From: Phoronis australis
Lineage: Eukaryota; Animalia; Phoronida
Reading direction: 5' to 3'
Length of the DNA stretch: 64,000 bases
Assembly: GCA_002633005.1 (NCBI GenBank)
Contig: NMRA01000643.1
Location: 124,001 to 188,000 of the forward strand
Of this stretch, positions 37,647 to 50,170 are shown piece after piece; positions within the stretch are counted from its first letter, which is position 1; each line of letters starts with the position of its first letter. The notes below the pieces were generated by a model. The model worked only from the letters and a program-made list of their open reading frames with translations, ran no database searches and was not told the DNA's origin. Position numbers and translations under genes: made by a program.

Positions 37647-40600
37647 CCTCCAGTCTTTATTTATTGAAACACGGCCTATCAAGCCAAATGTAGAACCTGA
37701 TCTCAAACAACAAACTGTCAGTTATTTCACAGCCATGAAATCATGTCCAATTTGACTATGGCATAGTTTCAGTCCAATTTCACAATGATGGGGGTCTAAA
37801 TCTAAAGTTGGCTGTCTCTTGGCCGCTTTACCGCAATAATACGCTTCTCATCAATTTTGTGACACATTTATTAGACGCTCGTAAATAACCACTTGTGGCT
37901 TAAGTTTTTGCAAATGCTTGTAGATATTTCAGTCATGGTTATGCCCTCAAGACTATTGAGCCCAATAGGTGTCACTGCCCTGACCATATTTGTGGAAATT
38001 TTTTGCAGTTTGATTTCCAGTTTGCTGTGAATTTCAGTGTTTCAATAGAAATTATAATCACTGAATACAAACAAGTTGGGTTTGTGCAGTTGCCATCGTA
38101 GCTGTCAAAAATCATTTTCATTGAGATTACCTTTTTTTTCTTTGTTTTTGAAGGCTTTGGCAAAGTGTTGAATAAATGAATCACGATACTGCCTATGGGC
38201 AGTGCATAGTCTGGTCAGATGTGCAATCTGAATGAGGTCTAAACCCATTATTTATCCATCAGCTTATCTGTAGTGTTCATGTGGTCCAGTTGACATTTTT
38301 GTCCATTGATCAGTTGCTGTCTGCTTCTATTTATTTATTTATTTCCATGGCAACTGAAGCTTCAAAAGATTGTATTTCTGGTAGATGTGAAATGATGAAG
38401 CTACCAGCAGAAAATTGCATACATTCAGTGATTGCATCTTGATTGCTGGCAATGTCTACAATTATGGTAATTAGACCTGGGCTTGTTTTTAGTTAAGTTC
38501 AATAAAAAACGTGTTGTGTAGATATGGAGTACAATATTGTTGAACAATATTCTCCACGGCCTGTTTTAACTCGACGCTGTAACGAGTTTGGATTTTGCAG
38601 CGTCGAGTTTGGAAAATGCGCGTCGAGTTTAGAAAGTGCTGCGTCAGGTTTGAACTTTTGTCCAGGCTTGGTATTTCAGCCCTCAACCCTAAAGCAGTGC
38701 CTGATTAACCAACATCAAGCCCAATACAGAACTTTAGAGGCAGTCAACACTATATGTATAACTTCGTAAGACACTACAAAAGTTTAAATTATAATTAACA
38801 AAATCTGCAAAAAAATTTAAATAACAAACATTTCATGGAGTCACCTAGCTTGCTTAATTGAATGACTAATCTACTTAGTCATTCTAACTTTAAAATTTTG
38901 CAAGTCAACCTATAAAAAAGCAATTTAATTTGCTTAATAAAGACAATTTTGATTTTGACTGACATCTAGTGGCAAGTTAGAGAACTTTATGAGCTTATTA
39001 AACTTGACAACAGGTGTCACTAAAAACTAGGTCACATCAGAACTCATGTTAGTAGTACTTAATATGTCTAATTGATATTAAAATCGGCATTGGTATTATT
39101 AAAGGAACTTTTGATCTTTTGTTTGCTGCTCTTGGTCTGTCAAATGCTTTGGAGAAATTATGAGATGCATTGGTAGGAAAGCTAAACTTTGAAGTGTCTA
39201 AGAAGTAGGTCACACCAGTGCAGTGTGCAGTTTTAAACCATATATAAATACCTCCAGCATGACCATGGTTATGGGTAGACACAAAACAATGTCAATAACT
39301 GACATTTAACATTTGCGTCGAGTTTGGAATTTATAATGTGGAGAACACTGTGTTCATCTGGAAACATGTGTGTGCATTGCAGAGAAACTGACCTTTGAAC
39401 TCTTAGAAAGGCTGCAGACTAAAACCAGGCACTAAAGTTGTGCTCGCAAATTCTAGCACAACAACAATTTCTACTGTTTGAGACAGTCCTTTGAATTTCC
39501 GACCGAAATTGATGCTAAATTGATTTTTTTATTCGGTGAAATTGGACACGAGTGATTTCTGCTTTTGTCTCATCATGTATGTAGAACGCCAGATGCTGCT
39601 CATTTTGGTACAAACTGAAACGCAGAATTATAATATTATTTTGTAGAAGTTAATTCCACATCGTCTCAAATTTTGGACGTAAAATTTGATGTTTTTGAAA
39701 GTCTTCCGTTATTCTAAAATTTTGGTATCTTTTAACTGGGAGAATTTTAAGTCGATTTTTACAATCTCAAATCGGAAATTTACCCATATATTTTGATTGT
39801 GTCCCAAACTGTTACGTAAGTTCTATTTCATCACACCCCAGTTTTCTTTTTTGTGGAAATGGTAACAGCTTTCATTTGAGGGCCCTCTTGGAAAGCAGTG
39901 CTGTCACTGAATAGCCTGCGCTCGTTTTAAATATTACAATAAATAAGTTCATGCCACTGTCAACTACTATGCATTTGAATGGATAACATTTTTACCTGTT
40001 GACTTAAAGTGCAGTCACAGGACAGGACCTGTAGAATTGCAGAAATGTAAATTTAGGAATTTTGTTTGTGTTTGTATGAGATTGACACGCCATCTATACA
40101 TTAAGGTTTTTAGTAGGACCTTACTGATAAGTCTTTACATTGAGCCAAGCATCTGTAAAACTGTTTAGTAGAAATGTATATTTTCAGAAAACAGGAATCG
40201 TGGGAATTATTTTTATTCCAATCTGCCATTGATTGAGTCAGGTGATGATATCTTTTGTAAAATTGATCAATACTGAAAGGGCATCAATGAAATGACCAAA
40301 TTTCTTATTTGATGTAACTGTTCTAGGTGAAATCTCAAAAATGCTTTTAACATTTCCTAAATTTTGTTTTTGTTTTTTTGTGACTTGAGTTTTCTTATTA
40401 AAGTGCCAAGTTATTTTGTATTAGCCGCTCATGCGTAAGTAGACCATTTTAAAAAGAATTCCTAGAAGTGTTTTGGGGCATAATGTTTCGTTTGAATATG
40501 ATTAACCTATTTCTGAGATATGGCGTTGCGATATTTGCTAAATTTGGAGGTAATTGTGTGCTTATTGGGCGTGGGCTAAACAGTTATAGAAAACATGGAA

Positions 40601-41115
40601 CATAGTGAACTGTTCTTGCACAAACATCACGAGGTAGTGCTGGTGTTGCGTTGGCCCAATTTTATAAAATTTAGAATGTAAACACTCGCGTCTCACACAA
40701 TTAATAGTTCGTCCTAGTAGTTGTTTCTTTGATGTGCTTGACGTCAATAATCTCCTTTCATCTCTCGCCGCCACTGTGTCTCCACCTCACCAGGTGGCGG
40801 TGATCAATTGTGTAGTCAACAATTAACTATCATTTTTAATCAATGATTATCTACTTTTACTTGAACTTGTAAACATGAAGCAAGGGAATTCGGTCGACTG
40901 GCCGTCGACAATATAATAAAATAGCACTCTCAAAACTGTTCTTGTTTCCTTGCTCTTATTTGAAGTGAATTAAGAGCATTGAAGTTTAAATTATGTATGC
41001 AGGTGTAACAAGTGTTCATCCTTAAATACTAAAGTTCTCATGAATATAATGAACTGTAGTATATGGATATTATGTTCTGAAAGTTTCAATAGGGTCGTCC
41101 CGGATTACACGGTGA

Positions 41116-41470
41116 TAGAACTCTCCTTTGTCCCGGAGATAAAGAAAGCGCGTGACCTGGTTTTGGAATTCAGGCATATTTTCGTGTCCCTCATTGATGA
41201 CGGGAAGCCGGTGAATTTCAGATCACACATTCACGGCTATATGTCCAGTTTATTAAACTTTTCCACGTCAGAGTTGCGGGCCATAGTACAGCAATGATAC
41301 TTAGTTGGCAATGGAAAGACGAATAGAGTAATGCAACTGAGAAAAACTTGCAAAGAATCAGACAACAACAAGTAACATGTGAAACTCCAGTGGCACGAAA
41401 ACGAGGCAGCAAATGTGCCTGACTGATGTTTATGGCATTGTGGGTAAATACAGCTAGATTCAAGTGTCGC
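41116..41470 (-). mobile_element. Second copy of the THAP-remnant repeat
   Basis: The reverse complement aligns with 26690-27030 (tttacccacaatgcc.taaacatcagtcaggcacatttgctgc...gtgatctgaaattc...ggagagttct). The ATG is mutated and in-frame stops are present. Confidence 0.65.
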
Positions 41471-42164
41471 TGTGTAATCCATGGCGACCCGATTATTATG
41501 GCTCTGCTAACGAGGGATTTGATATTCGTGAGGTGGTGTTATGGAGGAGTCCTCATTACTAGCTAAATCAATAGATTGAGATTTTGTACTAGGTGGTGCC
41601 ATGTTTTCAATATCGTAACCCAGTGAATTTCAACATGTCCTCCAGTAGACAAAGTCTGTTTGCAGTTCACATTTTCCAAAATTTCCTTTAGGCGTCTTTG
41701 CCCTGTGCTATTTGATAACAGGCAAGTTACCACAACAACGTGTTCGCAGCATTCATAAACATAATTGCTTCACTTGCAAGATGACTGTTCACGGACCCGA
41801 TGAACTCACTCTACCAATTCACAAATACAGGTCAGCGACTGCTGTGCCGGGCTCACAAAACACGACCTAAACACCTAAAAACTCATGCCCGAGCTCACAA
41901 ACACAGCTCATAGACCCTATGTTCAGATGCTTACGTCAGTGAGCTGTTTTTGTGAGTTTAGCTTTTTACTTTCAGTGAGTCTTCTGTGGGAGCTTATCGG
42001 ATCCTTGAGCAGTGTTTTAAAGTAGAACTTACAGGCTAATTTCTTATCTCTGTGATTGCTTAGTCAACACAATATATAGCGACGATGCGAATATGAAGTA
42101 GCTTGTAAATTGCCAAATGTTTTTAAGAACAGGTTTTGTGTCAAAAATGATCCACCGCAAATCA

Positions 42165-42330
42165 CTGTGTCAAGTAAGTATTGTGACGTGACATGGTGCT
42201 GGGGATTAACACTGCATGATGTGGGCTATGTGAGCCTGCGAGGTACGTCATTAGAGCAAATGTCACCTATTTTTAGAATGTTTGTTTTCACATTTACAAA
42301 TTGTTGTTGAACACAACTACACTTTGTTTA
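42165..42330 (+). repeat. Interspersed repeat; direct copy at about 49960-50105
   Basis: catgatgtgggctat.tga...tcattag..caaa.gtcacct.ttt...tgttttcacatttacaa.ttgt is shared by both loci. Confidence 0.6.
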
Positions 42331-43771
42331 ACGTAAGATTATGTTAAAATAGCATTGTCGTTTGTTTCTGCTATACATTAGCATAGTTAGGAGCATGCAA
42401 GTACATTCTTTAAAGTGAAGAAACCATGTGTATGAGTGCGTCAGCCGTTCGGGTAGCCTGACAATGGCTGGTATTAATCCAGCCAATCCAGTGAATCTAA
42501 TGTTTAATCAATGGGAATACCGGCTTTCCATAGCACTTTTTATCCTCAGCTTTGTGTGCCTTTAAAAGCCGTGTGCTGTGCGTCTGTTATTTTACTTTAA
42601 TTTTGTTGTTATGCGGCTCCAAACCACACCTTCCAGTAAACATTGTTTGAAAGCAAGTTCATGTATGTCAATGCCTGGAGTAGGCACACTCTGGTGGATT
42701 ATTCAGTCACTTATTGGCTGATTGTATTTGATTAATTGATTACTTGATAAATCATTAAGTAGAGTTTTTTCTACCAAAGCTGACACTTTCCCTGTGTTGG
42801 TGGGAAATGAACATGGAACGTGGTTTTTTGTCAATGAGAGATTGTCCGAAGTTGTTAAGGCAATGGCTTTACAACTCAGCCACATCTGGTGTACAATCGA
42901 GAATTTGCCACGTGCTATCAAAAAAGGTTTTTCGATTGTAAAATAATACCCTCACAGTTGTTTATTGAGTGTACTGGGAATGGAACAGCCCGAAATGACT
43001 TCTTTGTTCAGTTTCATTGCATCCCGATTCCTGCAGTGATTAGCTGTCTAGCTGATGCAATTACTGAGTTGTACCACCCCTGTACCAGTTACCACCTAAT
43101 TTCTTTTTGCAGTCAATAATGAGCACACAGTCGTAAATCTGGCAGCCTGCTCCTGTCTCTAGTTGAGTCACAATCAGGAGATCCCATAACTGCTTATTAG
43201 TCCCAACGAGTCAATTTAATGATAATTTGAATTTTGATTGCTCTCAAGTAGGAGACTTATTTTTTCAGACGTGTTCGTCAGTTTTATATTAGAGCAATTT
43301 GTCAGCTGCCCAAAAATCTGGAATTGACAGTTGGCGTGTTGTTACAATCTACTTTTGGTCTTTCCATTGACACATTTGAATAGCAAGTTCAAAAACTAAC
43401 TGCTGGTTAAGTGTCACTGGGGCCACTACATGGTTTTTCTTTATCATCCAGTTGAGTGGCCAATTATTTTACAGTCATAGTCTGACTATTAATATTTAAT
43501 ACAGTAAAAATTCACCAACTGAACATGCCCAACAGGTAAAATGTCATTTTCTCGTTTTCATAAATACTACCTTGCACCAAGGTAAAGCTGTACAATTTTC
43601 AGTTTAAAAAATCTTGGACATTCACAAGAAAATTTTTGAAATGAAAAGGTCAATTGCAACTATTACATTTTTCCAAACATTTTGAGATTTTACCGTATGA
43701 TGACCTTGTTGATGATTTATATTTTTTAAAATTTAGTGACACTTTAAAGTACAATTGAATTGCAAAATTGT

Positions 43772-45046
43772 TCAATGCCTGGTGTATTGTTCTTCTCCTT
43801 CGCTGTAATAGTAGTGAGCTAAAGGAGATGAGTGGTGGTTGATGGGATAGTTTGACTGAACGGGTGGTGGCGGAGGCGGTAGTCGGTGTTCTGGCGAGTT
43901 ACCATTACACGCCGATGTCCCTGGCAAGGCTGGCTCGTCGAAAATACCTTGACCTGCTCGTTCATTTAGTCGAGACGATAACGTGGAACTGTCTCTCATC
44001 AGCGTGGCCGAGCTCTCATCTCTACCAGGCAGGTGCGAGTCTCTCTGGCGGCAGCTTGTTCTGATTCGACAGAACATGCTGAAACTTTTGTCAAAGAACA
44101 AGAGAATGACTGGCGAGACTACAGCGTGAGACCAGGCAAGTAGACTGAGCAGTCTGTACAGTTCCTTGGACTGTTTGAAGTCTTTGTCAATCAGTGTTAG
44201 CATGAACAGGGGATACCAGCACAAAATGAACGCAATCGTTATAACGATGTAAATTTTGGCACGGCTTATCGCGACATTCACATTTTCTTTCATCGTCCTC
44301 GCTGACAGTCCTTTCGAATATGTGGTTGCCTGGCGAATCAGTTTTACCACTTGCTCCAGCTTGCTGGACCTCAAGTTACGGTAGTAGTTTATTAAGTAGT
44401 AAAAGATCAACAGCAAAGAACATGACACTATTCCTATCCAAATGCAGTGGATCACGTAATTCTGTATTCCTCCATAGGCGAATATACAGTTTCCTATGGG
44501 ACTGTTAAAGGAAAATGTTCCTCCAATGAGGGTTGGTCCAAGGTGAATGATAACACTGCCGATGTATACCATCAGTATTCCAAAGGTTATGCAGCAGATG
44601 GTGCCCTTTGCGTCCTCTCCGCCGATGGCAGTGTCCTTGAACGTGTATGCCTCAGTGGACACCATTGCCAGCATGTTGAATGTCGACACTGTCACCAAGA
44701 TCACATAACCTCCTGCCAGCAAGTCGCAGAACCGCGGGGCTTCCTTCGTCAACAGACTGTTGGCAAACGGGATGCACAAGGCGCTTTTGGCACCATCTAT
44801 GAGGCACTGATGGATGATGAATGCGTTGGTCATCCGTCGCAGATGTTTACAGCACAGGATGATGGCAATTATGACCAGGTTTGAGACGCCACCGAATATG
44901 GCCAGAACGTAAAGGTAATACGCCTCTACTTCCATCCACCTGGTGGCACCTGCAGTCGTTGTGTTAGTGTTGTTACCGATGCCATTTTGGCTTGGTGTCG
45001 CTAAAGTCACCATCAAGGTGGTTAGAAATTGTTGATCGTACTCCAT
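43772..45046 (-). CDS. Class A (rhodopsin-like) orphan GPCR, GPR88/SREB-like, intronless CDS, 424 aa
   Basis: Seven hydrophobic segments; N-terminal NNT/NTT sequons; TM1 GVSNLVI; TM2 NAFIIHQCLID..SALCIP; TM3 cysteine and ECL2 cysteine (GTFSF...NCIF); TM6 FILCWYP; TM7 AVVSPVIL. A likely 5'UTR acceptor lies at 45211. Confidence 0.92.
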   Translation of the reverse strand: MEYDQQFLTTLMVTLATPSQNGIGNNTNTTTAGATRWMEVEAYYLYVLAIFGGVSNLVIIAIILCCKHLRRMTNAFIIHQCLIDGAKSALCIPFANSLLTKEAPRFCDLLAGGYVILVTVSTFNMLAMVSTEAYTFKDTAIGGEDAKGTICCITFGILMVYIGSVIIHLGPTLIGGTFSFNSPIGNCIFAYGGIQNYVIHCIWIGIVSCSLLLIFYYLINYYRNLRSSKLEQVVKLIRQATTYSKGLSARTMKENVNVAISRAKIYIVITIAFILCWYPLFMLTLIDKDFKQSKELYRLLSLLAWSHAVVSPVILLFFDKSFSMFCRIRTSCRQRDSHLPGRDESSATLMRDSSTLSSRLNERAGQGIFDEPALPGTSACNGNSPEHRLPPPPPPVQSNYPINHHSSPLAHYYYSEGEEQYTRH

Positions 45047-48000
45047 GACTCAGTCAAGATGTCTACATGGGAACATGCGACAACACGTATACAGGTAAAA
45101 TCCTGGGTTGGTTTAACATGCACATTAATACTTCTGGTCTTATCCCATCTTCCCCTGCAGATTGCTACTGTCGTCATTGACTGATAATCTCATCACCTTG
45201 GGATTTCATCCTGTAAAGAAAGCGAATAGGGTTATTCATCAGTTCTGTTTTTGCTGTTTTGTGTTTCTGTTAGAATTTGTCAGACTTTTCTTTCTGTGAG
45301 TTTGATGACGTTCATCATAGGTTGATCATGATTTAACAATTTGCTTGCATACACTTTTCACATTGGATAGTGGTAGTAAAAGACTTACTCACTCTTTTTT
45401 GCTGTAATTTAAAGTGTTTGACGTAACAAATTTTTGCTAGAAGAATTTTATTTTCTAATATCACAACTTGAGGAAGACACTTGTTTTTTGATCGCATTTA
45501 GCATTCCACTGATTGAACTACGAAGTAATTAAAGGTTCCTTCTGACATTATTCTTGTTTAGTCATCTGATAAAGCCATCACCTTTGTTAGCTGGTGTTTT
45601 TGCTAGGAAAAAAACATGCAAGTCAGTTTTCTCTTCAACTTATTTTCAAAAGTCATCTTGAATTTCGATTTCCATTAGCATCATCAATACAATACTTAAA
45701 TCATAGAAATGCAAAAGTTATTTCTTGTTATTTTATAAGTCCAAAATTAGAAAGTCGTAGCATTTATCATGATCATTTGTTATTGCGTCTTGTGGAGTTC
45801 TAACTTTCCAAAAGTAAAATATATCACTATTCCTGATATGAATTTAGAATGCACACTAAACTGTTTAAATTCTTTATTTCAATATCCTCTGGCTTTTCAC
45901 CAGGAACCATTTTGAGGTTGCTTTGCAAGTTGGCATCGATTCTTTAATTACATGTTTTGAACCCGGAAGATGAATTGAAAACCTCAACAATATGCTTTCA
46001 ATAATCCTATTATTGATAATCAGTAGTTTTCAACTTGCAAACTTTTCTGAAACAGGTGGGAGCGCTTTGATAGATGCCACATTTTACAATGCTAACAAGC
46101 ACTGAATTATCTTTCCACAATGGCAACAGGTAATTACCCATTTCAGTGCTATCGGAAGGCACCAAAGACTTTTGATTAGTATATTTCAACAGGCATTTTG
46201 ACCTTTTGAAGGACTTTTTAAGCCATCTGTAGGTAGGCTGGTAATCAAAAAGAAATAGAAAATGCACCATGTTCAACGACAATTGCCGGTTAAGTTTTGT
46301 TTTTACTAGACTTACCTTTAGCTCAGTGAACTGTAACATCAATGCTCCGAGTTACTCGATTCGTGCGTTTTTGGTGATTTATACCCTCGTTTGTTTACAA
46401 TAGACAAAAATTCATTTCTAGCCAATAGAGAGAAAATAGTCTGTTGTTTTGCCAGTTACGTAGTACATACGTTACGCAGTCCATACACGGGTGGGGGTCT
46501 TTTTGGTTAGTTGTGCTGGTATTGTGCCAATTAATATCTCTTTGATCTGAGTGCATTAGAAAGTTGATTAATGTTATTAATCAATGAGGTTACATTGTTT
46601 TTGTTGATTGCTCGTATAAATTAGCATTGTTCTGGCAACATCAAAGGCAAACAGTGCTTAGTTTGGGCAATACACTGTTTTTATTTCCCTAATTGCTATT
46701 TAATATGTTTCTTATTCTGCCTTATTGTGCCTAATACCCTGCAGTTTGTAGTCAGTTGGTCTATTCTGTATGTTCATACAATAACACAAGCACCTTCCGC
46801 AGGAATTAATGTCAAACTTGTGGAAGGTTCCAAGATGTTGCTCCGTAATGTTCGTGAAAAATGCTTTGGATATCTATTTTTCAGAAGTGGTTAAATTTGT
46901 CATCATCATCATCAAGTATGATTCTTCCTTCTCAAAGATATGTAACATTCAAGTCTGAATCTCAGTTGGCAATTACAATCAATGTCACATTACTTTTAAG
47001 ATAAGGTTGATGTAGAAAGGTTTCACAGATAACGATGTCCATTCAAAAGACACAAGCTCATCAATTAGATTATTCAGAAGCACGTTAAAGTGCCGCTCAC
47101 AAGTAAAAATTAGTGGAAATAATCATCTCTATTTTAGGCAAATCTTTACTAAGAAAGATTTTTTCATTGGAACAGGAATTCATAGGAATTCTGTGCCCGG
47201 TTGCATGAAACAGTCCTAAATCTGCTGCGTATTTGTAGGTTTGTGAAAACTGTCCTTTCCTATGCTGTTTGAGTATAATGACTAACAAATTTTTTGGCTC
47301 TGATGCAAATTGAGAGTGAACTCTACTTCTCAATATTATTGAAAATAAGTTAGCGATCTTTTCATGCCCCTAATTATTTTGATTGAATTAAGGACTCAGT
47401 TTTTAGTTATATTATCAGTAGAACAGTGGCAGTAGTAAAATAAGAGCTCATAATGAAGATAAAATGATTGAAAAAATATTACATCTGTGAGTGAGGAACG
47501 AACCAAATGTGCAAAAGATTTAAGGAACTTAGTTGAGTCCCTTGTTGGGAATGCTTCATGCAACCAGCCACTGAGTTCTACCAACTTTCGGTGAATTATA
47601 ACCAGAAAAATGACCTACTGGTTTGTTAATTCAATTAAAATTCCTATTGTTATCTGTATCATGAAACCACTGATACTGATGCATGACTGCGTAGTGTCAG
47701 TGTCTGCCAATAGGGGCAACATAACTTGGTATTCATAAATCCATTGGGGACACGACCATTTCTGATATTAATCCCTTGTATGTTTTTCTGAAATATGTCT
47801 AGAGTTTCAAAGTAGATGGTAACGGCACTAAAGATACAATGAACCCTAGTGGGAAATCTTAGAGTTAAATTCTATTGCACGCTTGTAGCACCTCAAATTT
47901 CCTGTGTGAGAAAATATAATATGTTTATTGATCGATTTGATGAAACATGAAGTTGTAATTTGAAAATTCTAGAATCGTTAGTAATTTTGTACATTAAGGG

Positions 48001-50112
48001 TAATCAGCTTCATTATCTTTTGCGTCATTCTTAATACAGATTTTTAAGCTCTGGAATAATATTGAGATAAAGGTTATTGTCAACCTTCGTGGATTTTTTT
48101 AAAAAGTCAATAGCCACACTTTGCATAAAATTATGGTTTTTCATTGCTCCCCACTATATGTCTTTAAACCCATCATTTATGTGGGAATTTTTTGAAGTAT
48201 TTAGATGATTTCTATACATGTGGTAAATCTTTATGCACCATTTTCAGGTCTTTCGATTTTTGAAGCTTTTAGCAGTTTTGAACAACAATTTCTCTTTAGT
48301 TTGTAGCTTATGGATATATTTCCCAGATTTTTTTATTTTCCTTTGATCAAGAGAGAGAGCTACCTTCAATGATAAAAGATTTGTGACGTTGTTCTAAAAA
48401 GACTTTGACGGCTGACATCTGTTGTGTGAGGGTGAATAAAAATGGGAGTAACAGTTGCCTGGGTATTGTCATTAACTTTGTGTGTAGAACTTTGTTGACA
48501 AGGATGTGTTGTTAGCCAAATATCCACAAATCTGCAGATTTTAACTCAGTAAAAGTACGCATTTCTGAAAGAAGAAAGGGCGAATAAATTGATTTTCTCT
48601 TTTTACCAGTCTGTCATTAACTGGGTCAGGTAACCATGTCTTTTTAGTAAAACTTAGCAATAAGTAATCGTTATGTTGATAGGAAAACAACTATCAATAA
48701 CGGTATCAAATTTTATTTGATGTAAATGTTCAAGACGAGATTCTAAAAGTGCTGCTACAATTTTCTAAAATATCATTTGATTTTTAATGCAGCTTCAGAC
48801 TTTTTCATGAAAATCTGAAAGTTCTATGGAAAAGTAGAGTATTTTAAAACAATCCCTGACAAGGTTTTGGAAAACTGCCTAAAGCTTAGTACCTGACAGT
48901 TTCAAACATATCCAATCAGCCTTATCTGAGATGTGATGTTTCAAAGTTAGCCACAAATTTGGATATTTTCCTAGATTCATGCATAACCTTCCGAAAATTT
49001 GGCTGAAACACTAAGTCATCTTTAGTTTAATTTTTAGAAATCCATGTAAAAAGTAAGAAATGATATTTTTGTAAAAAAATGCCAGTCATGCTATTGTGTA
49101 AGATTATATGACTTGAGTTATACTTTTTCTATAATTGAGGATTCCGAAAGTATATTTATATGGTTAAAAAGGTTGATAATAACATTTTCAGTCACTTGCT
49201 TTTAGTAAAAACTATTGGGGGATTCCATGTAAAATGGTTGTGGGCTCACTATAACTTGGTGACATTTAACACTAGTTTGTGGACATCAGAATTACGATTG
49301 CAATGTGCTTTTTGGTGTAAGTATGATGGAGCAACCATTATACAAATATAATGAGATTAAGAGTGAGCCTCTAAATTCATTGATCAGAAGTACATAGTCG
49401 ATAAGCAAATCTTTTGTTGAGGAATGCGCCATCCAATCACACTGAAACTAAATCTCACCATCCAATTTAACATATAATCCAAATCGGGTTACACATGCCT
49501 AAGTTATCTGTGTTGTCACAGAATGTTGACAGGAAGACAGCTAGCCCACAATGCATTGGGAAAACAACAGCAGCACTGTTCATGAAATCGCTGAAATTGA
49601 TTACTGAAATTTTATGCATTAATCTGTGATTCTTAATAGCCACTGTTAGCTGATATGTAAGGCAAAATTTCTTGTTCGCTGTTGAGACTATTTTTTCAAA
49701 AACGGGCTTGTCTAAAAAAGATGAAGCACTGATAATTTACTGCACATTGTTATTTTTGCTCCGTTACTTATGTTTTATTTAACAGTTTAATTTTAAACCT
49801 TGCTATTCATTCTTTTAAAGTGGAACTTGCACACTAACTCCTTATCTTTGTGATTGCTTTGCCAAATTAGTTAGAAACACTACATATAGCCACGATGTGA
49901 ATAAGAAATAGGTTGAAAATTGCCACATAGTTTTAGAAAGAGTTGTGGCGAAAATGATCTGCTAGTAAGTATGTGGCGAGGTGCTAGGGAATAATACTAC
50001 ATGATGTGGGCTATATGAACTCATCATTAGTACAAAGGTCACCTGTTTGTGAATTTTTTGTTTTCACATTTACAAGTTGTCAGTGGATACAGCTGCACTT
50101 TGGTTATAATTG

Positions 50113-50170
50113 TCGTTCAGTTCATAATGTTCAGTTCATAACCTTCAGTTCATAACGTTCAGTTCATAAC
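50113..50170. repeat. 14-bp tandem repeat x4
   Basis: Unit GTTCAGTTCATAAC. Confidence 0.9.

Noticed and set aside
38185-38200. gatactgcc as the start of MTO1 exon 8 (R-Y-C)
   Set aside because: No AG acceptor, and it continues YCLWA rather than YCPSIE.
44447-44884. 145-aa plus-strand ORF (and similar ORFs opposite the zinc-finger and second GPCR genes)
   Set aside because: Antisense shadows of real coding sequence.
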